In this document: one piece after another, positions 27,199 through 36,980 of the stretch
Numbering within the stretch: the first letter of the stretch is position 1
How the letters are laid out: the number at the start of each line of letters is the position of its first letter
Assembly: GCA_002502215.1 (NCBI GenBank)
Contig: DAPT01000073.1
Coordinates: 68,941 to 112,680, forward strand
Length of the DNA stretch: 43,740 nucleotides
From: Euryarchaeota archaeon UBA124
GTDB taxonomy: Archaea > Thermoplasmatota > Poseidoniia > Poseidoniales > Poseidoniaceae
Direction: 5' to 3'
Translations under genes and position numbers: made by a program
Notes under the pieces: model-generated
Database searches by the model: none
Told to the model about the DNA's origin: nothing
Seen by the model: only the letters and a program-made list of their open reading frames with translations

Positions 27199-29382
27199 AT
27201 GGTAACCCCAGCAATGTTGCGTATTTTGCGCTGGTTGGATGAGCATCCTTCAGCGCTTGAATCCGCTTGGGACGTACCACGCAGCATTTCTTTGGAAGGG
27301 ATTGCAGATGGTGTTGGCGTCGTCCGTTCTGCCTTGTTTCAACCAATGAGTGCGCTCGAAGAGAACGGCCTAATCCACACGCGGCAGGCCCATGTTCTTG
27401 GTTCGGGACGAAGGAAAAGGAAAGTTTGCCACATCACTAAGAACGGCAGAAAGGTGCTCGCAGAACATGCAGAAGATGCCCCCGAACCGCGCTCAAAGCA
27501 CTCTCAAAAACTGAATGGACAAGTTCCTGAATACACCTACATGCATGGTCGCCGAGGTGAGGCAGAATCGATTCGTCTTGCCTTTAAACAAAACCGACCA
27601 ATCCACCTTCGAGGTATGCCTGGAATTGGTAAATCGACACTTGCGCGGTCGGTTGTTCAGGGTTTGGCGCATGAAGGGGTAACGATCAATTGGGTTCAAC
27701 TCGATGCGTATTGCGATGTCAAAGAAGCGATGCATCGCATGGGAATTGAAGCACCGCAAATTCTGGATGTTGAAGGGTATGCCTCTCTTCTTGAAGAACA
27801 AGAGGTTCTATTGGTGTTTGATGACGTTCACTCGATATCACCACGGCATCAAGCCTCATTCTCAAACCTCTTTCAATCACTCGAGCTCCGCAAGGTCCCG
27901 TTTATGCTGCTCGGGCGAGATCGTGATACATTTTCAATTGAAGGAGAGTATGTCGAACTCGGACCACTCAAACAAGAATATGCTGTCGAATTACTGGATT
28001 CAGAACTTGGCGAGGAACGAAATTCAATCGTCGATACTTTGGGAGGCCATCCTCTTGCAATTCTGCTCTATGATGCCTCAACGCCCCTCCCTGAAACCAA
28101 TCAAGATGTGCGGACATATGTTGAGCAGGTTGTACTTGGTGAAGCATCCTCTGAGGTCCACGATGCAATGTCTCCATTCCTTGTTCTGCCTTTTCCAGTT
28201 CCTGCGGGTCGAATGCCAAGCCCAGATAACGTCCCATTACTTGATGAACACACCTTGTTGCGATGGGGTGCCAAAAATTCAACAATGGAAATGCAACATC
28301 TCATTCGCAACGTTTGCAAGTCTTTTCTGGAGGATTCTGAGGTTGATGCATTGCACCTTTCAGCAATTGAGCATTGGGGAAAAGAAGATGACGCCCTTGC
28401 CTCAATTCTTGAATTGCATCATCGAATCCAGCGAGGTGAAACCGATGTCTCAGGCCATCTCTCACTCCGTGCGAACGAGTTGATGGCCACATATTCAGGT
28501 GCATTTGCAACTCTTTTGGACGAAGCATTGGTTATCGAAAACAAGAACCTAGAGTTGGTTGAACTCGCAGCACAACATGCATTGAATCGTGCGGAGGTAG
28601 AAATTGCAAAACAGTACATTGAGGGCTTCGATGCGTCAAAACTAGTGAACATTCGATTGCAAATCGCTCAATTTGAGGGAAGAAAAGATGCGATTGAGGC
28701 ACTTTTGCCCGTGCTGGAGAGCGTAGGAAATCAAGACCAAAAATTACGGATGCAACTTTCTATTCTTTCACGGAGCATCGATGACCTTTCAATAAATTCC
28801 AATCATGAAGATTTTAATCGCATCAATCGTCTAATCGATCAAGTTCGTTTGCCGGATAACGAACATGAGCGCCAATTGATTCTTACCAATGTCGTGGTGA
28901 TGCGACATGCACTTGCTCTCGAACAAGGAGATTACGAAGCTGCAAAATTCCTCCTCGAACAACTTGAAGGCATTGCAGCTACCAGCGATCCACTGGTTCA
29001 ATATCTGACGACGAAAACAGAATTGAAATCTTCCGACCCTCAATCGACTCACTCACCATTGGTTTTGAGAAATGCAGAATTGGTTGCCAATCAAATCCAA
29101 CAACCGTTGTACAAGACTTCTCTCTTGTTGCTTCTGTGTGAACAACTAACAGAAACACAACTGCATCGCGCCCAATTGATACATGAGCAAATTGACATTC
29201 ATTCGATTGAAGCAATGGGGACTCCGTCTGCACGTCGCCTTGTTGCAAAATGGTGGGAACAAAAAGCGATGTTCGACGAAAAAAGCAGGGTCTTGGCTCT
29301 ACGTGAAGCAATTTTACGATACCGTTCGGTGGGATGTCCGAATCGAGCACGTTCATTGTCAAAACGACTACATAACGTCTGA
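27199..29382 (+). CDS. STAND-class NTPase with N-terminal winged-helix and C-terminal helical (TPR-like) region
   Basis: wHTH (SLEGIADGVGVVRSAL...LEENGLI...ITKNG), Walker A GMPGIGKST, Walker B LLVFDDVH, GGHPLA (GxP) motif. Start 27199 or 27214. Confidence 0.82.
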   Translation: MVTPAMLRILRWLDEHPSALESAWDVPRSISLEGIADGVGVVRSALFQPMSALEENGLIHTRQAHVLGSGRRKRKVCHITKNGRKVLAEHAEDAPEPRSKHSQKLNGQVPEYTYMHGRRGEAESIRLAFKQNRPIHLRGMPGIGKSTLARSVVQGLAHEGVTINWVQLDAYCDVKEAMHRMGIEAPQILDVEGYASLLEEQEVLLVFDDVHSISPRHQASFSNLFQSLELRKVPFMLLGRDRDTFSIEGEYVELGPLKQEYAVELLDSELGEERNSIVDTLGGHPLAILLYDASTPLPETNQDVRTYVEQVVLGEASSEVHDAMSPFLVLPFPVPAGRMPSPDNVPLLDEHTLLRWGAKNSTMEMQHLIRNVCKSFLEDSEVDALHLSAIEHWGKEDDALASILELHHRIQRGETDVSGHLSLRANELMATYSGAFATLLDEALVIENKNLELVELAAQHALNRAEVEIAKQYIEGFDASKLVNIRLQIAQFEGRKDAIEALLPVLESVGNQDQKLRMQLSILSRSIDDLSINSNHEDFNRINRLIDQVRLPDNEHERQLILTNVVVMRHALALEQGDYEAAKFLLEQLEGIAATSDPLVQYLTTKTELKSSDPQSTHSPLVLRNAELVANQIQQPLYKTSLLLLLCEQLTETQLHRAQLIHEQIDIHSIEAMGTPSARRLVAKWWEQKAMFDEKSRVLALREAILRYRSVGCPNRARSLSKRLHNV

Positions 29383-29383
29383 T

Positions 29384-29617
29384 TCAAAGCTCAGCGCCAA
29401 TCATCGTTTTCGTGTCTTGAATACCGTTGAGGGGTCGTATCTCCTCAACAATGCATCGAGTAAGCGTGAATTCGTCATCCGCTTGCACACGAGCAAGGAT
29501 ATCGAATTCGCCGAACAGCATCCACCGATCCGTTACGTGTTCGATACCGTCAAGAGCACCTCGAACGTTTTCCTCCTGGCCCGGCATTGTCGTAATCAAT
29601 ACAAATCCTATTGCCAT
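29384..29617 (-). CDS. Stand-alone Lrp/AsnC ligand-binding (RAM) domain protein
   Basis: 77 aa; GFVLIxxxPG, FGEFDILARV, IRPLNGIQDTKTMI; GAGGTGA SD. Confidence 0.9.
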   Translation of the reverse strand: MAIGFVLITTMPGQEENVRGALDGIEHVTDRWMLFGEFDILARVQADDEFTLTRCIVEEIRPLNGIQDTKTMIGAEL

Positions 29618-29626
29618 GCTTTCACC

Positions 29627-29860
29627 TCAATATTCTACCGCAATGAGTGTCTGTGTGTCGCGAATTCCACTGATTGTTCGAAATTCATTCATGAGAAGTG
29701 ATGTAAGATTCTTGGCTGAATCGCTACTGACATGTGCAAGAAGATCGAACTCTCCGTAAAGTGCGTGAACTTCTTTGACAGAATCATGCGAGGTTAAAGC
29801 AAGATAGACATCTCGTTCATGAGAAGGTTCGGTCTTGATGAGGACGAATGCTTCTGGCAC
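29627..29860 (-). CDS. Stand-alone Lrp/AsnC ligand-binding (RAM) domain protein
   Basis: 77 aa; AFVLIKTEP, YGEFDLLAHV, RTISGIRDTQTLI; GAGGAG SD before GTG. Confidence 0.9.
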   Translation of the reverse strand: MPEAFVLIKTEPSHERDVYLALTSHDSVKEVHALYGEFDLLAHVSSDSAKNLTSLLMNEFRTISGIRDTQTLIAVEY

Positions 29861-29960
29861 AGATTCTCCTCAAGCCGAGGGGTTTTATCGCTTCGGGTGC
29901 CATTCGATGGGCAAACAGGCAACGGGTGGCTTCAAATGCTATTGCTTAGTAAACCAATTT

Positions 29961-32900
29961 ATGGAGAGAAAAAGAGCGCTTGTTGCGTTTAGTCTGTTGA
30001 CTCTCTTGCTGATTATGTCCGTTGCTCCAGTGGTCCAACCGTTTCAAGATCAGGCCCACGGCTCAGAAGTTTCAGCCCGTGCTACCACCACTTGGTCTGG
30101 AACAGTTCAGCTCACCAGCGATTATTTCGTAAACGTTCAGGATGAGCTCCTCATTACTTCCTGCACAAACGTTGTGATGTCACCTGGCATCCGAATATAC
30201 GTCGATGGCCGCTTAACCGTTCAAGGGACTCCAACATGCCCAATCGTACTATCAAGTTCTTCAACGACCTCAGATCACGAGGGGATACAATTCAACTCTT
30301 CATCGAATGGGCGAGGAAGCACGATTAATCACATGCACATCGAGGACGCTGTATTTGGTATGACGTTGTACGGTTCAGATCCAATTTTGAACAATGTCAC
30401 AATATTCAATCCAGACCGCGTTGGAATCGATATGTTTGGAAGTTCCAGCCCAGTCATCCGAGATTTACACATCGAGCAAGCTGGTCGTTCCCTTCCTTTC
30501 CAAAACGACTGGCGATATGGCATCGGGGTGTCGGTCGGGGATGGTTCAACACCCATCGTCGAAGGTGCATATTTCACAGATCATTTACTCCGTGGTCTGA
30601 ATCTATGGGGCGCATCTGGAGGCATCTATCGAGACATTGTCATGGACAACATTTCAGGCTCCGTGCTTGGTGAAGCCGCAGGTGTTTGGGTCGAGGATAG
30701 TGTACCACTGTTTGAAGGCCTCAGCATCGATAAAAGCGATACAGGTATCATCGTTCGTCACATCGATGATTCAGGATACACCCGAGGAGTATTCCGAGAT
30801 GTTGATGTTTCCAACAGTATGTACCGTGGAGTTTATTTGGACAAGAACAACCATACGAATTACACAAATTATGAGACAGCAGATTTCACCAACCTCACTG
30901 TGCGGGGAACAGGGTCCTCTGGCGCTACGTCTCCGGGTATAGCGATGGCAGCTATTGAGATCAATGCAACGGGCGCATGGCTTGAGAATGTCCTTGTCGA
31001 TGAAGCCTCTTCGGTCGGTGTTCGCTTGTTCTTTGTCGATTCGACAACGACGCTTCGTAACATGACAATCCGGGATGCAGGTGAAGCAGGACAGGGGGCT
31101 CATTCTGCGGGCCTAAGCGTCCAGACATCCTATTTCGCAGCCCAACTCGAGGAGTTGGAAATCAGTGGCTCTCCAGGGCCGGGCATTCACTCATCCAGTG
31201 GGGGGTCGCTTCAGGGCAGTGACTGGAATCTTCACAACAATTCAGAGCAGGGGTTGTTCATCGACTCTGCAACAGTCGTCGTCAATGGGGTATCGACTGC
31301 TGACAATGGTTTCTCTGGTGTTCATGTCTTCGATACGCGTTACATTACGCTGTCTAATCTCACCTCGGTGAACGATGGCTCACTCGGTTCGAATTCAATG
31401 CAACAGTCAGGCCTATCGTTCCAAAAGTCGAACGATTTAGAGACCACATCAGGCGATGTCGTTTGCATGCATTGTGAGGTAGAGTCGCCCCAAGGCTATG
31501 GCGTATACGTAATCGATTCCGTCGATCTATGGTTCGACAACCTCTCGATATCAGAGATTGATTCCTCACTTCCAGCGATGTACGTCGACAACGGAGGTCT
31601 ATCGCTTGGTACCCAAGGCGGTCGATTCAATCTCTTGAATTCAGAGATTGCACACGAATCGACAACGCAACATGCATTGTACATCGAACAGGCTGCTGGG
31701 CGTATAGACGGATTAACAATGACTGGAAATCACAGTGGAATTTACTGGGATGCCGACCACAACGGCAACTTTCCTTCCACTTTGAGCAACACTGAATTTC
31801 GTGGAACCGATTGCCTTAAACTCATCAATCACCCTGATTTAGGCGGTTATGGAAATACGATTGGAAACAATTGCAGTGGACGTATTTGGGTTGAAAACTC
31901 TGATGTTAATCTCTCGAATTTAGGTGATGCGACTGGAGCACATGTACTGGATTTGGACGCCTCCTCGCTAATGCATTTGCATCAACCGAACAACATCGAT
32001 TTATCCATCGCAAACATTCCATCAGGGGCAATCATCGATGTTGCTTGGGATGTTACAGTGTGGGTTGTGAACAATCAGTCGAATGGCGTTCCGAATGCAT
32101 ATGCGAACGTGAGCTTCACTCAGTTTGAGCCATCGGTATCCGAATTTACCAACGATCTGGGTCAGGTCCTTCTCTCAGATTTTATTGGTCAGCGGTGGAC
32201 AAATACTGGCGCATCTCAAATCAATGATGCAACCGTTGATTGTGGATACGACAGCAAAAGCAATTCGACGACGGTCAGTTTGGATGATGACAAAATCATG
32301 TACTGCCGACTTGAGTTGGACAACCAACCGCCGTTCCTTAATTGGACTTCACCTTTGGATGGCGATGTGTTCCCTTCACAAGGAGAGGTGCTGTTTGATG
32401 CGCAGGAGTCATGGGATTTGGACGATGATCAACTTACGCTTACCTTTACTTCATCGCTTGATGGTGTAATTTCCTCAGCAATAGGCACGGTTCCTTTTTC
32501 CGCAAACGACGGAGTTTCAGGTTTTCCTCTTAGCGACGGAATCCACGATTTAACGCTGGAAGTTTGTGATAATGCAGGTCATTGCGTATCTGAAACACGT
32601 ACCATCGAATTGACAAATCTTGCTCCAGAACTCAATGTATCTTTCGAACCAGCGCTCACACAGTGGAATGAACTTATCATGCCCCAAACCGGTACAGTGA
32701 CGATCAATACATCGGGGACGCTTGACCCCGAAGGCGACGAATTCGCATGCAGAATTACCTTCGGGAGTTACAACCGGCAAGCGCCTGCGTGGGACAATCA
32801 ATGGATTTGTCCAGAAGAATTAACCTACACGTTCGATCATTTTTCTGATGACCCTCCAGCATCGTTTTTCCTGAATGTCGTTGCATGGGATCAGGTTGGG

Positions 32901-34667
32901 AACAACGCCACCTACTCAGTCGAAGTGAAGTTGTACAATGAAATGCCAACCCCTGAATTCACGCTTGAACGCAACGGAACTGCAAGCGAGGATTTGATTT
33001 TCTTCAATGGAAGTAGTTCAGCAGACCCAGAAAACAATCCAGTTTCGTTTGAATGGTGGTCCAATGTGGATGGAACGCTGATGGTTGGGCAAGGAATCGA
33101 AAACATTTCTTGGGATGGTCACCTCTCCCGTGGTGTTCACCAAATCGAGTTACGGATAACAGATGACCGAATGGATCACGGTGATGAAATGGCTGTTGTT
33201 TCTGAATTGATCACAGTTGATAACTCAGCACCACGAGCTGTGATCGAAGAATTGGCCTTGTTCGATGACCTCGACTCGTCCGTTCTTATTCCGTTCAGTG
33301 CCAATGGAAGCGGTGACTTTGATTCAGCGTGTTTCACATTTCCAGCCGATGGAACGTGGCATTGTGCAGAAAACGAACCTGCTGCCGGTTCCGAGTTCCT
33401 GCAAATCGATTGGTCGAGCAGTCTCGATGGGCGACTGACGCCAGAAGACGAGGATTGGCTTACGTTTGAGGCACGACTCTCTGCAGGCGTCCACGAAATT
33501 ACACTCACGTTGAACGATGGCATCAATCCGAGTGTAACGGCAATGAAAACACTCACAGTTGCCCAATCCGCACCAATTCTCGTCCTCGATTCGCCGGTGA
33601 ACGGTAGTCAATTTGCATCAAGCGACTCGATTGTTATCGATGCACGAAACAGCGTTGATTACGATGACGATGCCTTTACTCTCACCTTACGAAGTTATGA
33701 TGAACTCTCATCGACGTATCTCCCAATTTTGCTTGATGTTTCAACGTCGACCGTTCATGAAATCGACCTTGATGCTGGGCAAAGAGACTTACAGATTGAA
33801 TTGGTGGATGAGACTGGAAAATCTCGAATCGAATCGTTTGAATTGCTTATTCTTCCCAGCGATCCAGAGGCTGTGATTGCATCACCCGAAAATCTCGATT
33901 CGGTTGACCCTGGTGCGACCATCGTCTTTGAAGGTGCATCTTCTGATGCAGATGATGACCTCGTAACAAGAGAATGGCGTCTGCATAACCAGGGCTTTCA
34001 ATCAACCATTTTGAGCACACAATCGACCTTCACACAAGTCTTCGCTCCTGGTTCGCATCACGTTTCGTTGTACGTACAGGATGCTCGTGGTGCCTCCTCA
34101 GAACAACACATCAACTTCACAGTCCGCTCGAGTCTCCCTGAATTGGTTCAAACCAGTTTGGAACTGTCTCAAACCGAGTTTGTTTCTGATGAGCGAGTCT
34201 TGCTTGATGTATCTGTGCAGTTGATTGATGCTGATGGTACAACCGACGATGTCCGCGTCGATATCGTCCACAACATTCAGACATGGACCTTCAATCTCAG
34301 CGACGAAGATGGCGATGGCATTTGGACAGGATCGATTGAATTCCAGCCTTCGGGTATTGGACAACCAAGTTTCAAGGTCATTGCAACAGATGGTGAAGGC
34401 GATTCAGCGAGCGTCGATATTCTCTACACACCACTCAGGGTTGTTGAAGCAGAGAGTGAGGGTTTCATGTCAACCGGCGTTCTTGTTGGTGCAATTTCCA
34501 TTGCTATCCTCGTTGCACTACTCATGATAATTCAACGTCGCAGAGCAACCGCTGAAGAAATGAAACTTATCGACTCCTGGGGGGTCTTTGGTGATGGATT
34601 GGTTGACGAGGAGGATGCTGACGAGGAGTCCTCCGAGGACGAAAAATTAGATTGGGACAACGTGTGA
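29961..34667 (+). CDS. Large surface protein with right-handed beta-helix and PKD/Ig-like domains, C-terminal TM anchor
   Basis: Signal peptide; beta-helix-like repeats (GIQF, GIDM, GVYL, NNSEQGLFI); repeated FDAxxSxDxDxDxLxxxWxSSLDG...GxHxIxLxV units; TM plus acidic tail. Confidence 0.88.
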   Translation: MERKRALVAFSLLTLLLIMSVAPVVQPFQDQAHGSEVSARATTTWSGTVQLTSDYFVNVQDELLITSCTNVVMSPGIRIYVDGRLTVQGTPTCPIVLSSSSTTSDHEGIQFNSSSNGRGSTINHMHIEDAVFGMTLYGSDPILNNVTIFNPDRVGIDMFGSSSPVIRDLHIEQAGRSLPFQNDWRYGIGVSVGDGSTPIVEGAYFTDHLLRGLNLWGASGGIYRDIVMDNISGSVLGEAAGVWVEDSVPLFEGLSIDKSDTGIIVRHIDDSGYTRGVFRDVDVSNSMYRGVYLDKNNHTNYTNYETADFTNLTVRGTGSSGATSPGIAMAAIEINATGAWLENVLVDEASSVGVRLFFVDSTTTLRNMTIRDAGEAGQGAHSAGLSVQTSYFAAQLEELEISGSPGPGIHSSSGGSLQGSDWNLHNNSEQGLFIDSATVVVNGVSTADNGFSGVHVFDTRYITLSNLTSVNDGSLGSNSMQQSGLSFQKSNDLETTSGDVVCMHCEVESPQGYGVYVIDSVDLWFDNLSISEIDSSLPAMYVDNGGLSLGTQGGRFNLLNSEIAHESTTQHALYIEQAAGRIDGLTMTGNHSGIYWDADHNGNFPSTLSNTEFRGTDCLKLINHPDLGGYGNTIGNNCSGRIWVENSDVNLSNLGDATGAHVLDLDASSLMHLHQPNNIDLSIANIPSGAIIDVAWDVTVWVVNNQSNGVPNAYANVSFTQFEPSVSEFTNDLGQVLLSDFIGQRWTNTGASQINDATVDCGYDSKSNSTTVSLDDDKIMYCRLELDNQPPFLNWTSPLDGDVFPSQGEVLFDAQESWDLDDDQLTLTFTSSLDGVISSAIGTVPFSANDGVSGFPLSDGIHDLTLEVCDNAGHCVSETRTIELTNLAPELNVSFEPALTQWNELIMPQTGTVTINTSGTLDPEGDEFACRITFGSYNRQAPAWDNQWICPEELTYTFDHFSDDPPASFFLNVVAWDQVGNNATYSVEVKLYNEMPTPEFTLERNGTASEDLIFFNGSSSADPENNPVSFEWWSNVDGTLMVGQGIENISWDGHLSRGVHQIELRITDDRMDHGDEMAVVSELITVDNSAPRAVIEELALFDDLDSSVLIPFSANGSGDFDSACFTFPADGTWHCAENEPAAGSEFLQIDWSSSLDGRLTPEDEDWLTFEARLSAGVHEITLTLNDGINPSVTAMKTLTVAQSAPILVLDSPVNGSQFASSDSIVIDARNSVDYDDDAFTLTLRSYDELSSTYLPILLDVSTSTVHEIDLDAGQRDLQIELVDETGKSRIESFELLILPSDPEAVIASPENLDSVDPGATIVFEGASSDADDDLVTREWRLHNQGFQSTILSTQSTFTQVFAPGSHHVSLYVQDARGASSEQHINFTVRSSLPELVQTSLELSQTEFVSDERVLLDVSVQLIDADGTTDDVRVDIVHNIQTWTFNLSDEDGDGIWTGSIEFQPSGIGQPSFKVIATDGEGDSASVDILYTPLRVVEAESEGFMSTGVLVGAISIAILVALLMIIQRRRATAEEMKLIDSWGVFGDGLVDEEDADEESSEDEKLDWDNV

Positions 34668-34695
34668 TACAGGCTATAATCTCCGTGCAAAAGTG

Positions 34696-34702
34696 TAATA
34701 AG
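34696..34702 (+). promoter_or_regulatory. Putative TATA box with upstream BRE-like purines
   Basis: CAAAAGTG-TAATAAG; TATA begins 29 nt upstream of ATG 34725. Confidence 0.5.
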
Positions 34703-34724
34703 TTAATCACGATGGTTCTTACAC

Positions 34725-36980
34725 ATGAGAAAAGCACTTGCTGCCCTACTTGTTGGACTAATGATTGCAACGACACTGCCTGCGAATGTCGCTGCTGATG
34801 AACCTGAACCCATTGCCTGGGGCGTTGAATACGATTACTCGAACATCAACGGTGACATTGCCTCAATGATTGGAATTGACTTGCAAGAAGTCTTCCAAGA
34901 GGTCATGGCTGCTGGCGACGATTCAGGCATTGACATGCTCATTGGAAGCGTAACGAGCGGTTCCACAACCATTGTCTTTGAACAATACGATGGTTCAATG
35001 ACCACGCTCGATGTTGACGGAACTCCGACGGATTTCTCCACAAAAATGACAGAACTGACTGTACGCCACGGCGTTCTGGATGATTTCGCTGTTCACTCTG
35101 AATGGAGCGATTCCTACGGAGGGATTGACCTCACGATTGGTTATGATGCAGAGCAATTGTTCAACGCCGATGTACTTTACACCGAATACTTCGATGCCAA
35201 CATGGGTCTCCATGGAATGGACATGGAAATGGATGTCGAAGCAATGATCCAGTACAGCGTAGGCATCAGCGGAGAACTTTCTGGTGATGGAGAAACCCTG
35301 CCGTTCGATATTGATTACACTCTGAGTACTTCATTTGATATCAACAATGGGCTGCTTGAGGTCCGCATGGACGAAGCATCGCCTCTGTACAATGAAATGG
35401 CAAATTTACAACCAGGTCAAAGATTGATTTGGGAATGCGGTTCCGATGACAGTTATGTCGATTCCGGATCCGAAGAAGTTAGTATAGGGGACGTGTGTTC
35501 TGATAGCAGCATCCACTATGAGACAGAAACATCTGTTTTGTTTGAGCTTGAGGGTATCCCAACAGAAGAAGTTGGCCTCCCCGCTGGTGACTTCGACTTC
35601 TCGATTTCAGACACTGTGACAGACATGTACGATGGTGAGGTTGAAATCTTCTTTATGGGCGGTGGAATGGAGTTGCTCGATGAGCCAACGCAAATGATTA
35701 CCATTGATGATGGAAGCACCATCGAAGTACACCAAGCCTATGCTTCACCTACTCCAATCGCCTTCCCTGCAATGTGGGCCATGATGTGGGCGAACTCAGT
35801 GGTTGGTAGCGGAGACTACCCTGGAATCGTTGATGCTCTCCTCAGTGACGAGAATTTCGAAGAACTCTTTGGAGACTTGACTAGTGGAGGCGAAGAAGAC
35901 GAGGAATACTTCGTCTGTGCGAACCTCAACGAGATCCCATACGAATATGTCGAAGATGGAATCGATGACTGTGGCGACAACTCGGATGAAGAGTTCATTT
36001 GTGATGACGGCGAAAACATCCCCCCACACTGGGTGAACGATGGAATGGAAGATTGTGCAAACGGTGAAGATGAAACCAGTGGGCAAGCAGAGCAACTGGA
36101 TGTTTACATCTACATGGGCGAATCCAGTGAGTCAGAGATGAACTTCAATTACGATGTATATGGTATGGATTACGATGAGAATTACGAGATTTCTTGGAAA
36201 GTTACCGATGATGAGGGAACAACCTCCGACGCAGGTTCAACTGCCGTTGCAGATGGTTCTTGGGACGCTTATGGAGAAGCTACCGCTCAGATCAATGGAT
36301 TTGGCGAGTACTGTGTCGATCTTGAAGTCACACGAATCAGCGATAGTGAAGTTGTCGGTTCAGAGCAAGAATGCCAATCTGTTTCACAAGATCTAGAACC
36401 AAGCGATCGTCTTGTGACCATTGTTGAAGCTCTTGCCGAGTCAACCCTTGAAAACACCATGGAGTCCTTTGGACAAAACATGGAAAACCGTTTGTCCAAC
36501 TTTGAGGAAGATTATGATATTGCATACGAAGATGGCATGGCTTACGCTTTGTACGATGATGCAACCAATCGCTTCGTTGGTTTCCAGTTGGTTGCATCGC
36601 CGGGTGGCACACAATGGTACACACTCATTGGACCAGAGAGCAATGCATACGGAACCCCTGAACGCGGCGTCTCTGTGACCTACTTTACAGGAATCGCTGC
36701 TGCAGAAGAGGCAGAAGAAATTGAAGATCAAACCGATTTGACCGATCTTGTCGATGTCACACAACACAACACCGAAGAGGTTGAGGCAGTCAACGAGGGC
36801 GTAGACCCTGCAACACTCCCAGAAGAGCCGAACACGACCGAAGAAGACGAGGAAGCTGTTGAGGAAGTAACAGAAGATGAAATCTCAAGCCTTCTGCCGT
36901 TCCTTTCACCAGTAACGACGCTTGCAATGATTGCGCTTGCAGGAATGTTTGTATCAATCCGTTTGAAGGACGAAGAATGA
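34725..36980 (+). CDS. Acidic surface protein with two LDL-receptor class A-like motifs and a PGF-CTERM-like C-terminus
   Basis: Signal peptide; two C...DG..DC....DE units; C-terminus LPFLSPVTTLAMIALAGMFVSIRLKDEE. Confidence 0.85.
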   Translation: MRKALAALLVGLMIATTLPANVAADEPEPIAWGVEYDYSNINGDIASMIGIDLQEVFQEVMAAGDDSGIDMLIGSVTSGSTTIVFEQYDGSMTTLDVDGTPTDFSTKMTELTVRHGVLDDFAVHSEWSDSYGGIDLTIGYDAEQLFNADVLYTEYFDANMGLHGMDMEMDVEAMIQYSVGISGELSGDGETLPFDIDYTLSTSFDINNGLLEVRMDEASPLYNEMANLQPGQRLIWECGSDDSYVDSGSEEVSIGDVCSDSSIHYETETSVLFELEGIPTEEVGLPAGDFDFSISDTVTDMYDGEVEIFFMGGGMELLDEPTQMITIDDGSTIEVHQAYASPTPIAFPAMWAMMWANSVVGSGDYPGIVDALLSDENFEELFGDLTSGGEEDEEYFVCANLNEIPYEYVEDGIDDCGDNSDEEFICDDGENIPPHWVNDGMEDCANGEDETSGQAEQLDVYIYMGESSESEMNFNYDVYGMDYDENYEISWKVTDDEGTTSDAGSTAVADGSWDAYGEATAQINGFGEYCVDLEVTRISDSEVVGSEQECQSVSQDLEPSDRLVTIVEALAESTLENTMESFGQNMENRLSNFEEDYDIAYEDGMAYALYDDATNRFVGFQLVASPGGTQWYTLIGPESNAYGTPERGVSVTYFTGIAAAEEAEEIEDQTDLTDLVDVTQHNTEEVEAVNEGVDPATLPEEPNTTEEDEEAVEEVTEDEISSLLPFLSPVTTLAMIALAGMFVSIRLKDEE
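35910..36074 (+). repeat. Tandem reduced LDL-A-like repeats
   Basis: FVCANLNEIPYEYVEDGIDDCGDNSDE and FICDDGENIPPHWVNDGMEDCANGEDE. Confidence 0.8.

Noticed and set aside
27704-28483. 259-aa alternative-frame ORF inside the STAND gene
   Set aside because: No recognisable motifs; fully nested in a well-supported CDS.
27199-29382. STAND ATPase as an Avs-type antiviral system
   Set aside because: No nuclease, TIR, SIR2 or protease effector; the N-terminus is a wHTH and the context is housekeeping, not a defence island.
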